From the NCBI GenBank assembly GCA_963771175.1, contig CAVYSY010000002.1:32001-96000 (forward strand): 64,000 bases of DNA, given 5' to 3'. This DNA is from an uncultured delta proteobacterium. Lineage in GTDB: Bacteria > Myxococcota > Myxococcia > Myxococcales > Myxococcaceae. The translations under genes were made by a program, and so were the position numbers. The notes beneath the pieces were generated by a model. That model saw only the letters and a list, made by a program, of their open reading frames with translations, was not told the origin of the DNA and did no database searches. Of this stretch, positions 16,170-25,303 are shown piece by piece; position 1 is the first letter of the stretch, and every line of letters starts with the position of its first letter.

Positions 16170-16775
16170 ATGGCCCGCCCATCGAACACGGAGGAGCGCC
16201 GGCAGCAGATCGTCCAGGGACTGCTGCGCGTCATGGCCGAGCGAGGCTACGAGCGCGCGTCCATCGCGGAAATCGCGAAGGCGGCGGGGCTGAGCCCGGG
16301 GCTGGTGCACTACCACTTCACGGAGAAGCAGGAGATCCTCCTCACGCTGGTGGAGCAGCTCGCCCACCGCGTGCGCGAGCGAGTGAAGGCGCGCGTGGAG
16401 CGCTCCAGGGGTGGAGCGAGGGCCCAGGTGGACGCCTTCCTCGATGCCTTCCTGGCCACGGGAGATGACGCGGACCCGGCCTCGGTGGCGGCGTGGGTGA
16501 CGATCAGCGCGGAGGCGGTGCGGCAGCCCGAGGTGCGCGCGGCCTACGAGAAGGTGGTGCGCGCGGACCTGGAGTTCCTGGAGGAACTGGTCGGCGCGGT
16601 CATCGGCCGCCGGAGGGCCCGAGCGGTGGCGGCGGGCCTCTTCGCGGCGGTGCAAGGCTACTTCGTCCTGGCGGCGGCGACTCCGGACCTCATTCCTCCG
16701 GGCTCCGCGGCGGGCACGGTGAGGCGCATGGCCGCGGGGCTGCTCGACGCTTCGGCATTCTCGGATGAGGGATAG
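16170..16775 (+). CDS. TetR/BetI-family transcriptional regulator
   Basis: MARPSNTEERRQQIV...GYERASIAEIAKAAGLSPGLVHYHFTEKQEIL helix-turn-helix. Confidence 0.93.
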   Translation: MARPSNTEERRQQIVQGLLRVMAERGYERASIAEIAKAAGLSPGLVHYHFTEKQEILLTLVEQLAHRVRERVKARVERSRGGARAQVDAFLDAFLATGDDADPASVAAWVTISAEAVRQPEVRAAYEKVVRADLEFLEELVGAVIGRRRARAVAAGLFAAVQGYFVLAAATPDLIPPGSAAGTVRRMAAGLLDASAFSDEG

Positions 16776-16785
16776 GGAGAAACAC

Positions 16786-17595
16786 ATGATGCGCGAAGAT
16801 CGATTCCTGCTGTTCATCGACATCCTGGGGTTCTCCGAGCTGGTCAGAACACAAGGGCAGGCGGAGGTCTTCAACACCATCAAGGCGTGCCTGGACGAGT
16901 CTCATGGCTGGGTCGATGGCCAGAGCTTCGCCAGACTCCATTTTTCCGACACCCTCGTCATCTACTCGCGCGAGCCCGGGTTCGATCAAACGCTCTGGGA
17001 CGACTTCGTGGTCATCGCCTCGCGGATGTTCGTGGCTCTGGCAGCCAGGAAGATTCCCACCCGGAGCACCCTCGCCTTCGGCCCCTTCATGGTGCAGAGG
17101 GATGCGCAGAACGGGCACGACCTCTTCTTCGGGGAAGCGCTCGTGGAGGCGGCGGAAACCGAGAAATACACCCCATTCATTGGCACCGCCTTGTGCCCCT
17201 CATTCGTGCAAAAGCACTCGGAGCGGTACATCGCCCATCTCCAAGAAACGCGGCTCCTGGGGCAACTCGATGACGGGCGCTACTACGTCAATCCCCTACG
17301 CCACCTGCAACACTGGCCAGACCCCGAGTGGATTGACTCCTATGCGCTCCAGTTCCCCGGCCGGCTCCACGCGGCTCCCGAGGACACCTATCTCGTGGAG
17401 CAGGAGCTCCTGGCGCTCGACTTCCTCCAGACCCAGGAACACGCCCCACTCCCCGACCGGGTGCTCCTGAAGTACCGGCGGACGATGGACTTCTTCCGGC
17501 GTGTCCTTCGAGCGGGCGCAATCGAGTGGGCCCAGGAAGCCATCGCCGGATTGAAGGCAGGCGAGCGGCAACCTGGCAAGTCCCCCCTGCGGTGA
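16786..17595 (+). CDS. Hypothetical protein with divergent class III nucleotidyl cyclase-like motifs
   Basis: Intact ORF after an AGGGAG RBS; FIDILGFS, FSDT, PTR, FFGEALVEAAETE. Confidence 0.6.
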   Translation: MMREDRFLLFIDILGFSELVRTQGQAEVFNTIKACLDESHGWVDGQSFARLHFSDTLVIYSREPGFDQTLWDDFVVIASRMFVALAARKIPTRSTLAFGPFMVQRDAQNGHDLFFGEALVEAAETEKYTPFIGTALCPSFVQKHSERYIAHLQETRLLGQLDDGRYYVNPLRHLQHWPDPEWIDSYALQFPGRLHAAPEDTYLVEQELLALDFLQTQEHAPLPDRVLLKYRRTMDFFRRVLRAGAIEWAQEAIAGLKAGERQPGKSPLR

Positions 17596-17632
17596 CTCAT
17601 CGCGCTGGCGCGTCCGGCGAGGAGTGCGGCGT

Positions 17633-18874
17633 ATGCGAATGAAGACTCCCGTGAAGCTGGGGCTGCTCACGAGCCTCTACCTCTCCCAGGGCCTGCCCTT
17701 CGGCTTCTTCACCCAGGCCCTGCCGGTGCTGCTGCGCAAGCAGGGCCTGTCGCTGCCGGCCATCGGTCTGGCGAACCTGCTCGCGCTGCCGTGGGCGCTC
17801 AAGTTCCTCTGGGCGCCGCTGATGGACCGATACGGCTCGGAGCGGCTGGGGCGGCGGCGCGGCTACATCCTCCCGCTGCAGTTCCTCTCGGCGGCGCTGC
17901 TCCTGGGGCTGGCCCTCCCCGAGGGGACAGTGAGCGTGCCGGCCCTTCTGGTGGCGGTGCTGCTCGTCAACCTGCTGGCCGCCACGCAGGACGTGGCCAC
18001 GGACGGGCTCGCGGTGGACCTGCTCGAGTCCGAGGAGCTGCGGCTGGGGCAACGGCGTGCAGGTGGCCGGCTACCGGGTGGGGATGATTCTGGGCGGCGG
18101 GTTGATGCTCATCATCTTCGACGCGCTGGGCTGGCGCCCCACCCTGCTGAGCCTGGGCGCGCTGCTGCTCGTGGCCACGGTGCCAGTGGCGCTCTTCCGC
18201 GAGCCGCCCTCCCCCGCCCCCCGGAGCGAGAGCGTGAACATGGCCCACTGGCTCCGCGAGTCCCTGCTGTACTGGGTGCGCCGCCCCGGCGCGGGCGCGT
18301 GGTTCACCCTGCTCGTCCTCTTCAAGGCGGGCGAGCACCTGCGCCACGGGCATGCTGCGCACCTTCCTCGTCGACGTCGGGGCTGGGCCTGTCCGAGGTG
18401 GGCTGGATGCTCGGGTTCGTGGGCTTCACCACGGGGCTCGTCGGCGCGCTGCTCGGAGGGGCGCTCGTCCACCGGCTGGGGCGACGGCGGGCGCTGCTCG
18501 TCTTCGGCATCCTGCAGGCCGGGGCGGTGCTCCTCTACGCGATGGCCGCGCGCGGGGCCTCCTTGCCGGTGCTCGCGCTCGTCTGCGGCGTGGAGCACCT
18601 GACGAGCGGCATGGCCACCGCCGCCCTCTTCACGGTGATGATGGAGATGTGCCGCCCGGAGCACGCCGCCACCGACTACACGGTGCAGGCCTCGCTCGTC
18701 GTGGTGGCCACCGGAGCGGCCGCGGCCGTGAGTGGATTCAGCGCCCAGGCGCTCGGCTACGCGTGGCACTTCACGCTCTCGGCGGTCGTCTGCGCCGTGG
18801 CCGTGGCCTGGGTGGCATTCACCTTCCATCCGCCCCGGACGCTCGTGTCCAGGGGACAACCGGAGGTGTCGTGA
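17633..18874 (+). CDS. MFS transporter, AmpG/RhtX/acetyl-CoA transporter (AT-1) family (indels)
   Basis: LYLSQGLPFGF, PWALKFLWAPLMD, ATQDVATDGLAV, ATDYTVQAS; about 12 hydrophobic segments. Confidence 0.88.
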   Translation: MRMKTPVKLGLLTSLYLSQGLPFGFFTQALPVLLRKQGLSLPAIGLANLLALPWALKFLWAPLMDRYGSERLGRRRGYILPLQFLSAALLLGLALPEGTVSVPALLVAVLLVNLLAATQDVATDGLAVDLLESEELRLGQRRAGGRLPGGDDSGRRVDAHHLRRAGLAPHPAEPGRAAARGHGASGALPRAALPRPPEREREHGPLAPRVPAVLGAPPRRGRVVHPARPLQGGRAPAPRACCAPSSSTSGLGLSEVGWMLGFVGFTTGLVGALLGGALVHRLGRRRALLVFGILQAGAVLLYAMAARGASLPVLALVCGVEHLTSGMATAALFTVMMEMCRPEHAATDYTVQASLVVVATGAAAAVSGFSAQALGYAWHFTLSAVVCAVAVAWVAFTFHPPRTLVSRGQPEVS

Positions 18875-19369
18875 TGACCATCGCCGTCTATGCCGGCAGC
18901 TTCGACCCGGTGACCGCTGGCCACCTCTCCGTCATCCGTCAGGCCGCGCGCCTCTTCGGCCACGTGGTGGTGGTGGTGGCCATCAACCCCGAGAAGCGCA
19001 CCCTCCTCACCGTGGCCGAGCGCGTGGAGTTGCTGCGCGACGTGGTGGCGCTCCACCCCAACGTCACCGTGGCCAGCACGGAGGGGCTCATCGTGGACTA
19101 CGCGCGAGCCATCGGCGCGAGCGTGCTGCTGCGCGGGAGTGCGCGGCGCCACGGATGCCCAGTTCGAGACGACGCTGGCCCAGGCCAACCGCGCGCTCGC
19201 CCCGGACCTCTCCACCCTGTTCCTCCCCGCCGAGGCCCACCTCGCCGAGGTGAGCAGCAGCCGACTCAAGGAGCGGCTGGAGCGCGGCGAGGATGTTTCG
19301 GACTTCTGCCCACCGGCGGTCGCGGCGAAGCTGCGGCAACGACTGTCCCCCTCCTTTCGGAGCCCGTGA
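18874..19369 (+). CDS. coaD: Pantetheine-phosphate adenylyltransferase (one indel near 19138)
   Basis: AVYAGSFDPVTAGH, AINPEK, GLIVDYA, LLRG, ANRAL, VSSS; TGATG overlaps with both neighbours. Confidence 0.92.
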
Positions 19370-20115
19370 TGAGCCTGTCTTTCGTCACCCTCGGCGTTGG
19401 CGATGCCTTCTCCGCGCTGCACTACTCCTCGTGCCTGGCGCTCGAAGCCGAGGGCCAGGTGCTGTTGGTGGACTGCCCGCACCCCATCCGCAAGATGATG
19501 CGCGAGGCCAGCCTGAGCGCGGGCGTGGAGCTGGACGCGGACCGCGTGTCGGGCCTCGTCCTCACCCACCTGCACGCGGACCACAGCTCGGGCGTGGAGG
19601 GGCTCGGCTACTTCTCCTTCTTCGTGCTGAAGCGGAAGCTCCAGATGCTCGCCCACCCGGACGTGGCGCACCGGCTCTGGGACGGGCACCTCGCCGCGGG
19701 CATGGAGGACCTCATCCGCAAGCCCGGAGGCGAGCCCCAGCGGCATGGTTTCGAGGACTACTTCGATTACCGCCCGCTCTCCACCGAGACGGCCGTGCGC
19801 TTCGGGCCCTTCAACATCGAGTGCCGCCGCACATACCACCACGTGCCCACCACGGCCCTGCGCATCCGCGCCGGAGGACGCAGCCTGGGCTACAGCGCGG
19901 ACACCGCCTTCGACGAGGGCCTCATCGCATGGCTCGCCGAGGCGGACCTCGTGGTGCACGAGACGAACTACGGCGTCCACACGCCCTACGAGAAGCTGGC
20001 CGCGCTGCCCGCGGACCTGCGCGCGAAGATGCGGCTCATCCACTACCCGGATGACTTCGCCCTCGACACGAGCGCCATCGAGCCGCTCGCCCAGGGGCGC
20101 CGCTACACGGTGTGA
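19369..20115 (+). CDS. MBL-fold metallo-hydrolase (RNase Z / cyclic phosphodiesterase-like)
   Basis: LGVGDAFS, LLVDC, THLHADH, YSADT, HET, HTPY, LIHY. Confidence 0.9.
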   Translation: MSLSFVTLGVGDAFSALHYSSCLALEAEGQVLLVDCPHPIRKMMREASLSAGVELDADRVSGLVLTHLHADHSSGVEGLGYFSFFVLKRKLQMLAHPDVAHRLWDGHLAAGMEDLIRKPGGEPQRHGFEDYFDYRPLSTETAVRFGPFNIECRRTYHHVPTTALRIRAGGRSLGYSADTAFDEGLIAWLAEADLVVHETNYGVHTPYEKLAALPADLRAKMRLIHYPDDFALDTSAIEPLAQGRRYTV

Positions 20116-20247
20116 ACCGCCCCCCGACCTCTCGCACCCAGGGCAAGAAGGCGGGCAGCCCTTGTCACACCGCGTCACGTGCGCGTCACGCGAAAGGATG
20201 CACATCCCCAACGGACGTGGGAGATTCGACTCCCCAGCGAACCTCAC

Positions 20248-21915
20248 ATGTCCTTTCCGTTCCGTCTGCTCCCGAGCCCCCTGGCCTCGTCCCTGGCTGC
20301 ACTGCTCCTCGCTGGCTGCGCCACGCTGCCATGGAGCACCCCCGCCCCTTCCCCGGACTCGGAGTCCAAGCCCGACGCGGCCTCCGAGTCCGAAGCGGAC
20401 GACGAGCCCACCGTCACCCTGTCGCTGCTGCACGTCAATGACGTGTACCAGTTCACCCCGGTGGACAACGGAGAGCATGGCGGGTTGGCGCGGCTGTCCA
20501 CGCTGCGCAAGCAGGTGCTCGCGGAGACTCCGAACACGCTGTTCCTGCTGGCCGGTGACACGCTGTCGCCCTCGGTGGAATCCACCTTCCACAAGGGCAA
20601 GCAGATGATCGACGCGTGGAACGCCCTGGGCCTGGACTTCGCGGTGCTGGGCAACCACGAGTTCGACTTCGGCCCGGACGTGCTGCGCCAGCGCATGCGG
20701 GAGTCCCGCTTCACGTGGCTGGGCGCCAACGTGATGGACAAGCAGACGAACCGCGCCTTCGGGGACACCCCGCCCTTCGTCATCCGCGACGTGGGGGGGG
20801 TGAAGGTGGGCATCTTCGGGGTGCTGCTGGGCAAGACGCGCTACAGCTCCAAGCCGGGGTCGGACGTGTACTTCGTGGACTCGTGCCTCAAGGCGCGCGA
20901 GCTGGTGCCGCAGATGCGGGCGCAGGGCGCGCAGATCATCGTCGCCCTCACGCACCTGCTCGTGGCCGAGGACAAGGTGCTCGCCCGCTGCGCCCCCATC
21001 GACCTCATCATCGGGGGCCATGAGCACGTGATGATGCAGGCGGTGTCCAACGGCACGCCCATCGTGAAGATGTCGTCCGAGGCGCGCGAGCTGGGGCGAG
21101 TCACCCTGCACGTGGGCACCCAGAGCCACAAGCTCAAGAGCATGGATTTCGACGTGCTGCCGGTGACGCCCGCGGTGCCGGAGGATCCGGCCTTCGTCGC
21201 CACCATGCGTGAGTACGACGCACTGCTGGCCGAGCTCTCCCAGCCCCTGGGCCGCACCTCCGTGTCCCTGGACGCGATGGAGGAGTCCAACCGCGTCCAC
21301 GAGACGAACCTGGCCTCCTTCATCGCGGACGCCTACCGCAAGGCCGCCGGCGCCGAGGTGGCGCTGCTCAACGGTGGCTCCATCCGCTCGGACTCGGTGG
21401 TGAGGCCGGGCCCGCTCACCCAGCGTGACGTGCTGGCCATCCACCCCTTTCCGGGCTCGGTGGTGAGCATCGAGGTGACGGGCGCGGCGCTGCGTCAGGC
21501 ACTCGAGCACGGCGTCAGCCGCAGCGCCGAGGAGACGGGTCCGGGCCGCTTCCCCCAGGTCTCCGGCATGCAGTACGCCTTCGACGTGTGCCGGCCCGTA
21601 GGGGACCGCATCGTGCGCGTCACCGTGAATGGCCAGCCGCTCGACCCGAAGCGGACATACACGCTCGCCACCAACTCGTACATGGCGGTCGGGGGCGACG
21701 GGTACACCATGTTCAAGGGCGCGAAGTACCGCGTCCCGGCCGACAAGGGCCGCTCCACGCAAGACGTGCTGCGCGATGCCTTCGCCTCCGCCGAGGCCAT
21801 TGCCCCCACCACGGACGGCCGCATCGAGCGGCTGCGCGGCGGCGTGCGCGACGTGGCGAAGAAGGACGACAAGGACGCCCCGACCTGCCCCACCGAGGCG
21901 CAGGCGGCGCAGTAA
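20248..21915 (+). CDS. Lipoprotein bifunctional metallophosphatase / 5'-nucleotidase (UshA-like)
   Basis: LLAGC lipobox; LHVNDVY, AGDTL, LGNHEFDFG, IGGHEH, NGGSIR, QVSG, GGDGY. Confidence 0.93.
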   Translation: MSFPFRLLPSPLASSLAALLLAGCATLPWSTPAPSPDSESKPDAASESEADDEPTVTLSLLHVNDVYQFTPVDNGEHGGLARLSTLRKQVLAETPNTLFLLAGDTLSPSVESTFHKGKQMIDAWNALGLDFAVLGNHEFDFGPDVLRQRMRESRFTWLGANVMDKQTNRAFGDTPPFVIRDVGGVKVGIFGVLLGKTRYSSKPGSDVYFVDSCLKARELVPQMRAQGAQIIVALTHLLVAEDKVLARCAPIDLIIGGHEHVMMQAVSNGTPIVKMSSEARELGRVTLHVGTQSHKLKSMDFDVLPVTPAVPEDPAFVATMREYDALLAELSQPLGRTSVSLDAMEESNRVHETNLASFIADAYRKAAGAEVALLNGGSIRSDSVVRPGPLTQRDVLAIHPFPGSVVSIEVTGAALRQALEHGVSRSAEETGPGRFPQVSGMQYAFDVCRPVGDRIVRVTVNGQPLDPKRTYTLATNSYMAVGGDGYTMFKGAKYRVPADKGRSTQDVLRDAFASAEAIAPTTDGRIERLRGGVRDVAKKDDKDAPTCPTEAQAAQ

Positions 21916-21926
21916 CCGTGTCTGAT

Positions 21927-21956
21927 CCCGTTTCCCGTTGGGAGAGGGTTGGGGTG
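21927..21956 (-). repeat. REP-like CACCCCAACCCTCTCCC-N-GGGA hairpin element
   Basis: Minus strand CACCCCAACCCTCTCCCAACGGGAAACGGG between convergent genes; related copy at 58346-58375. Confidence 0.55.
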
Positions 21957-21957
21957 C

Positions 21958-22333
21958 TCATGCTCCTCGGGGGTGAAGGCGTGTACCCGTAGAGCCGGAA
22001 GATGTCCTCCGCGTAGTACCCGGCTCCAGCGCGAGGCTGCCGTTCATGGCCTCATCACAGAACAGCAACGGCGCGGAGGGCGGCGCGAGGGAGCGGAACC
22101 AGAGCGCGAACTCGGCGACGTCCCAGAGGTCCCCCTCGAAGAAGACGCCCTGGCCCTGGTGGAACAGGGAGCCCCACAGCTCGGAGTGGGTCATCTTCAG
22201 CTTGAAGCGCAGGCTCTCGCTGTCGGGCCCGCTCACTTCCTGGAGGGTGGCGTCCGGCCAATGGGAGCGCAGGTGGCGGGCAGCTCTGGGCGAGGTCCGC
22301 CACTCCGATTTGGAAAGAACGAGGTAGTCCATG
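21958..22333 (-). CDS. Probable immunity protein (in frame with the upstream toxin in this assembly)
   Basis: GAGGA-N4-ATG MDYLVLSKSEW...GDLWDVAEFALWFRSL...LLFCDE immediately after the toxin domain. Confidence 0.6.
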
Positions 22334-23389
22334 GAGTCCTCGACTGGTCGGACGACGACCCGACCGGGGATGCCCAGCTCGTGCATGAGCAGCTCGAAGA
22401 AAGGGGCCGCCCGAGCATCGTTGACGATGATCTCCAGCCCGACGGCAGGGGTCTCCGGATCTCCGATGACGGCCGCGTATCGCTTGAGCTGGATACGCTC
22501 CTTCTCCCGGATCATCGAGCGGATGAACTCCTCGCACGTCGACCCTGCGATGAAGGGACTCGAGTCCGGCTTCTCGACGTGCTTGACCTCCAGCAGGTGG
22601 GCGTTGTCCATCCGAGCACCGTCCGCCCAGATCTCCTCACCGCCTCCCCTGACGAGAACCTCCTGCTTGCCAGCCCGAGCCGCCTGGTAGTCCAGCGCGG
22701 GCGTCCTGCCATTGACGGCTCTCTTCTGCGAGCCGGCAATCCACGACGCGAAGGCCTTCAGGTCGAGCCCCTTGAACGGACGCATGATGACGGAGGCCAA
22801 CGCAGGCGCTCTCGTCGAAGCCTCGGACCCGAGAGCAGGAGTGCCATGGGGTGTCGCTGGCTGCAGGGGAGCCGAAGGAGGTCGCTGATGGAGCTTCGCT
22901 GCCACCTTCTTGGTCAGGATGAAGGTGACGACGTTGACGCCTGCCAGGGAAATGGCGCGTGCCAGATGGGTGGCGGCAGCCTTCAGTTCCGCCCGGCTCC
23001 GTGCACCTATCGAGAGATTCGCATACTCCCACAGCGCTCGTGACAGGTCCGCGGCCTGGGCCGCAAGCAGCGACCACCCCCAAGGTGAGCAGGGTCCCAT
23101 CGACGGCCTGTCCGACGATGGGAACGCCTTGAGTCCCGAGCCAGGCGGCGCTGAGCGCGGTCATCGCCGCGAGGTTCTCGGGGGTGAGCATGGCCTGGAC
23201 TTCCGCCGACGCGGCATCCGGAACCTGCCCGAGAGCGAGAACGAATGACCGGCACAGCTTCTCCGAATGGGCCATCTGCTCGACGGGGGCCGAAGCCGGC
23301 TTGCAGAGGGCGTCCTCCACGGAGTTGGCCGAGGCCGGCAGGGCCAGCCCCAGACACAGAAGGAAGGTGAAGACCCTCAAGAACGCCAC
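22334..23389 (-). CDS. Secreted polymorphic toxin with C-terminal restriction-endonuclease-fold domain (Tox-REase-2-like); indel near 23090
   Basis: Signal peptide FLRVFTFLLCLGLALPASA; hydrophobic helical middle region; DYQ...AG...WADG...LLEVKHV...RYAAVIGDP...GLEIIVND...GIPGRV. Confidence 0.75.
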
Positions 23390-23578
23390 CCCGCCCGCCG
23401 CCAGATGTCCCCGACCTGTACGCTTCCAAGCAAGCTCACGCTCAAGCCGCTCAGAGGTGCCTCGTAGAACCCGGGCTCCATTCCCTCCGCCCCGCAGGAG
23501 CTGAAGCCGTACCAGGAATGCGTCCGCCATGCGGCGGGAGTGTAGAGGGCTGTCGACGGAGAAACCAACTACCCCTAC

Positions 23579-24349
23579 TCAGGCCCAACCGCGCAGCCAG
23601 TACACCCAGCGCCCGAAGAGCTCGCGCAGGGCGTCCGTCCCCGCCGACAGGTTGGACGCCCGGGGCTGCCACCATGCGCCGCGCGGGTGCCACTCGTGCG
23701 CGCGCACGTCCACCACCAGCGTGTCCGGCTTCAGCCCCACCGCCTGGAAGGTGCCGAGCGCCCGCGGCATGTGCGCCGCGCTCGTCACCAGCAGCAGCTT
23801 CGTCCAGCCCTTCTCCCGGATGATGCGCTCCGCCTCCAGCGCGTTCTCCCTCGTGTTGCGGCTGCGCCCCTCGGTGACGATGTGCTCGGGTTCAATCCCC
23901 CACAGCCGGAGCTGCCGCGCCATCACGTCCGACTCCACCAGCGCCCCCGGCCGCGTGTCCAGCGTGCCTCCCACGAGGAACACCTGGCGCGCCCGTCCGT
24001 CCCGCAGCACCTCGAACCCGCGGAGGATGCGCTCCACCGCGGGGCCGTACTCGGGCAGGCCCGAGCGCTCGGTGGCGTCCGCGTCCACCGCTCCGCCCAG
24101 CACGATGACGGCGTCATAGACGATGTCCGGCCGGTACGTGGACACCGCCCCCGCCTCCACCCACTGCTGCAGGCCATTGGCCACCGGCTCGGTGGAGAAG
24201 GCGTAGAGCACCAGCAGCCCGAGCCCCTGCAGCCCCACCGCCAGCCGTGCCCGCCGATGGCGCAGCAACAGCCCCACCATCACCAGCAACAGTCCCCAGG
24301 AGAGCGGGGCGAGCAGCAGGTCCAGCAACTTCGACAGGAAGACGAACAC
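23579..24349 (-). CDS. YdcF/ElyC family (DUF218) membrane protein
   Basis: Two N-terminal TM segments; AVIVLGG, EGRSRNTRENA, LLVTSAAHMPRA. Confidence 0.92.
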   Translation of the reverse strand: MFVFLSKLLDLLLAPLSWGLLLVMVGLLLRHRRARLAVGLQGLGLLVLYAFSTEPVANGLQQWVEAGAVSTYRPDIVYDAVIVLGGAVDADATERSGLPEYGPAVERILRGFEVLRDGRARQVFLVGGTLDTRPGALVESDVMARQLRLWGIEPEHIVTEGRSRNTRENALEAERIIREKGWTKLLLVTSAAHMPRALGTFQAVGLKPDTLVVDVRAHEWHPRGAWWQPRASNLSAGTDALRELFGRWVYWLRGWA

Positions 24350-24355
24350 GCCGCG

Positions 24356-25202
24356 CTACCGCTCGCCCCAGTGGAGCTTCTGCCGGAGGATGGTGAAGTA
24401 GCCCATCCGGGTGTTGCGCACGAGGTTGACCCGGTTGGGCGAGCGCACCACCTCGATGACGTCGTCGCACTGCAGGCTGTGGCCCGTCTGCCCGTCCAGG
24501 GTGAGGAAGGTGTCCGCCGTCTCGCTGCGCAGGGCGATGCGGATGGTGCGGTCCGCCGGCACCACGATGGGCCGGTGCGTGAGCGCGTGCGAGCAGATGG
24601 GCGTGAGCACCGTGCAGTCCACCGAGGGGTGGACGATGGGCCCTCCCGCCGATAGCGAGTACGCGGTGGAGCCGGTGGGCGTGGCCAGGATGACGCCGTC
24701 CGCCTTGTACGTGGCGATGGGCACGCCCTCGATGGACACCTCGTGGTCCGCGATGCGCGCCAGCGCGCCCTTGTTGATGACCACGTCGTTGAGGACCTCG
24801 TCCTCCACCATGACCCGGCCCTCGCGCACCAGCCGGCAGGCGAGCTTCATCCGCGAGTCCACCTTGAACCGGCCGGCGAGCACCTCGTCCAGCGAGGAGA
24901 ACAGCTCCTCCACGGGAATCTCGGTCATGAAGCCCAGGCTGCCCAGGTTGACGCCCAGCATGCGGCGTGGGGCGCCCCCGAGCAGCCGCGCGGCGTGGAT
25001 GAGGGTGCCATCCCCGCCCAGCACCACCACCAGCTCCGCCCGGGCGGCCAGCTCGCGATCCTCCAGCCGGGGCCAGCCGAGCGCGTGCGGCCAGGAGCCG
25101 GTCCCCCAGTACCTCCAGCGAGGAGTAGCGCTCCCGGATTCGCGCGGCGAGCTCCGCCGCCTCGGGCTTGTCCTTCTTCGCAACGAGCACCAGGGTCTGC
25201 AC
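24356..25202 (-). CDS. nadK: NAD kinase (indels near the 5' end)
   Basis: LGGDGT, VNLGSLGF, LNDVVI, ADGVILATPTGSTAYSLSAGGP. Confidence 0.95.
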
Positions 25203-25303
25203 GATAAGCCGAGGTTCTAGTCCAGGCGGCCAGGGGTGCGCTGGACGAAATGGACCCTTCGATGACCCTGTGACAGGTGGGACCCGGACGGCAGAATTCC
25301 CCC

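Noticed and set aside
18352..20115. Apparent coaD-MBL fusion of 587 aa
   Set aside because: Caused by one indel in coaD near 19138; separate TGATG stop/start overlaps exist at 18874 and 19369.
18757..21762. 1001-aa minus-strand ORF and similar long antisense ORFs (e.g. 36633-38396, 51501-53048, 58734-60476)
   Set aside because: Shadow frames opposite well-supported genes, expected in high-GC DNA; no recognisable motifs.
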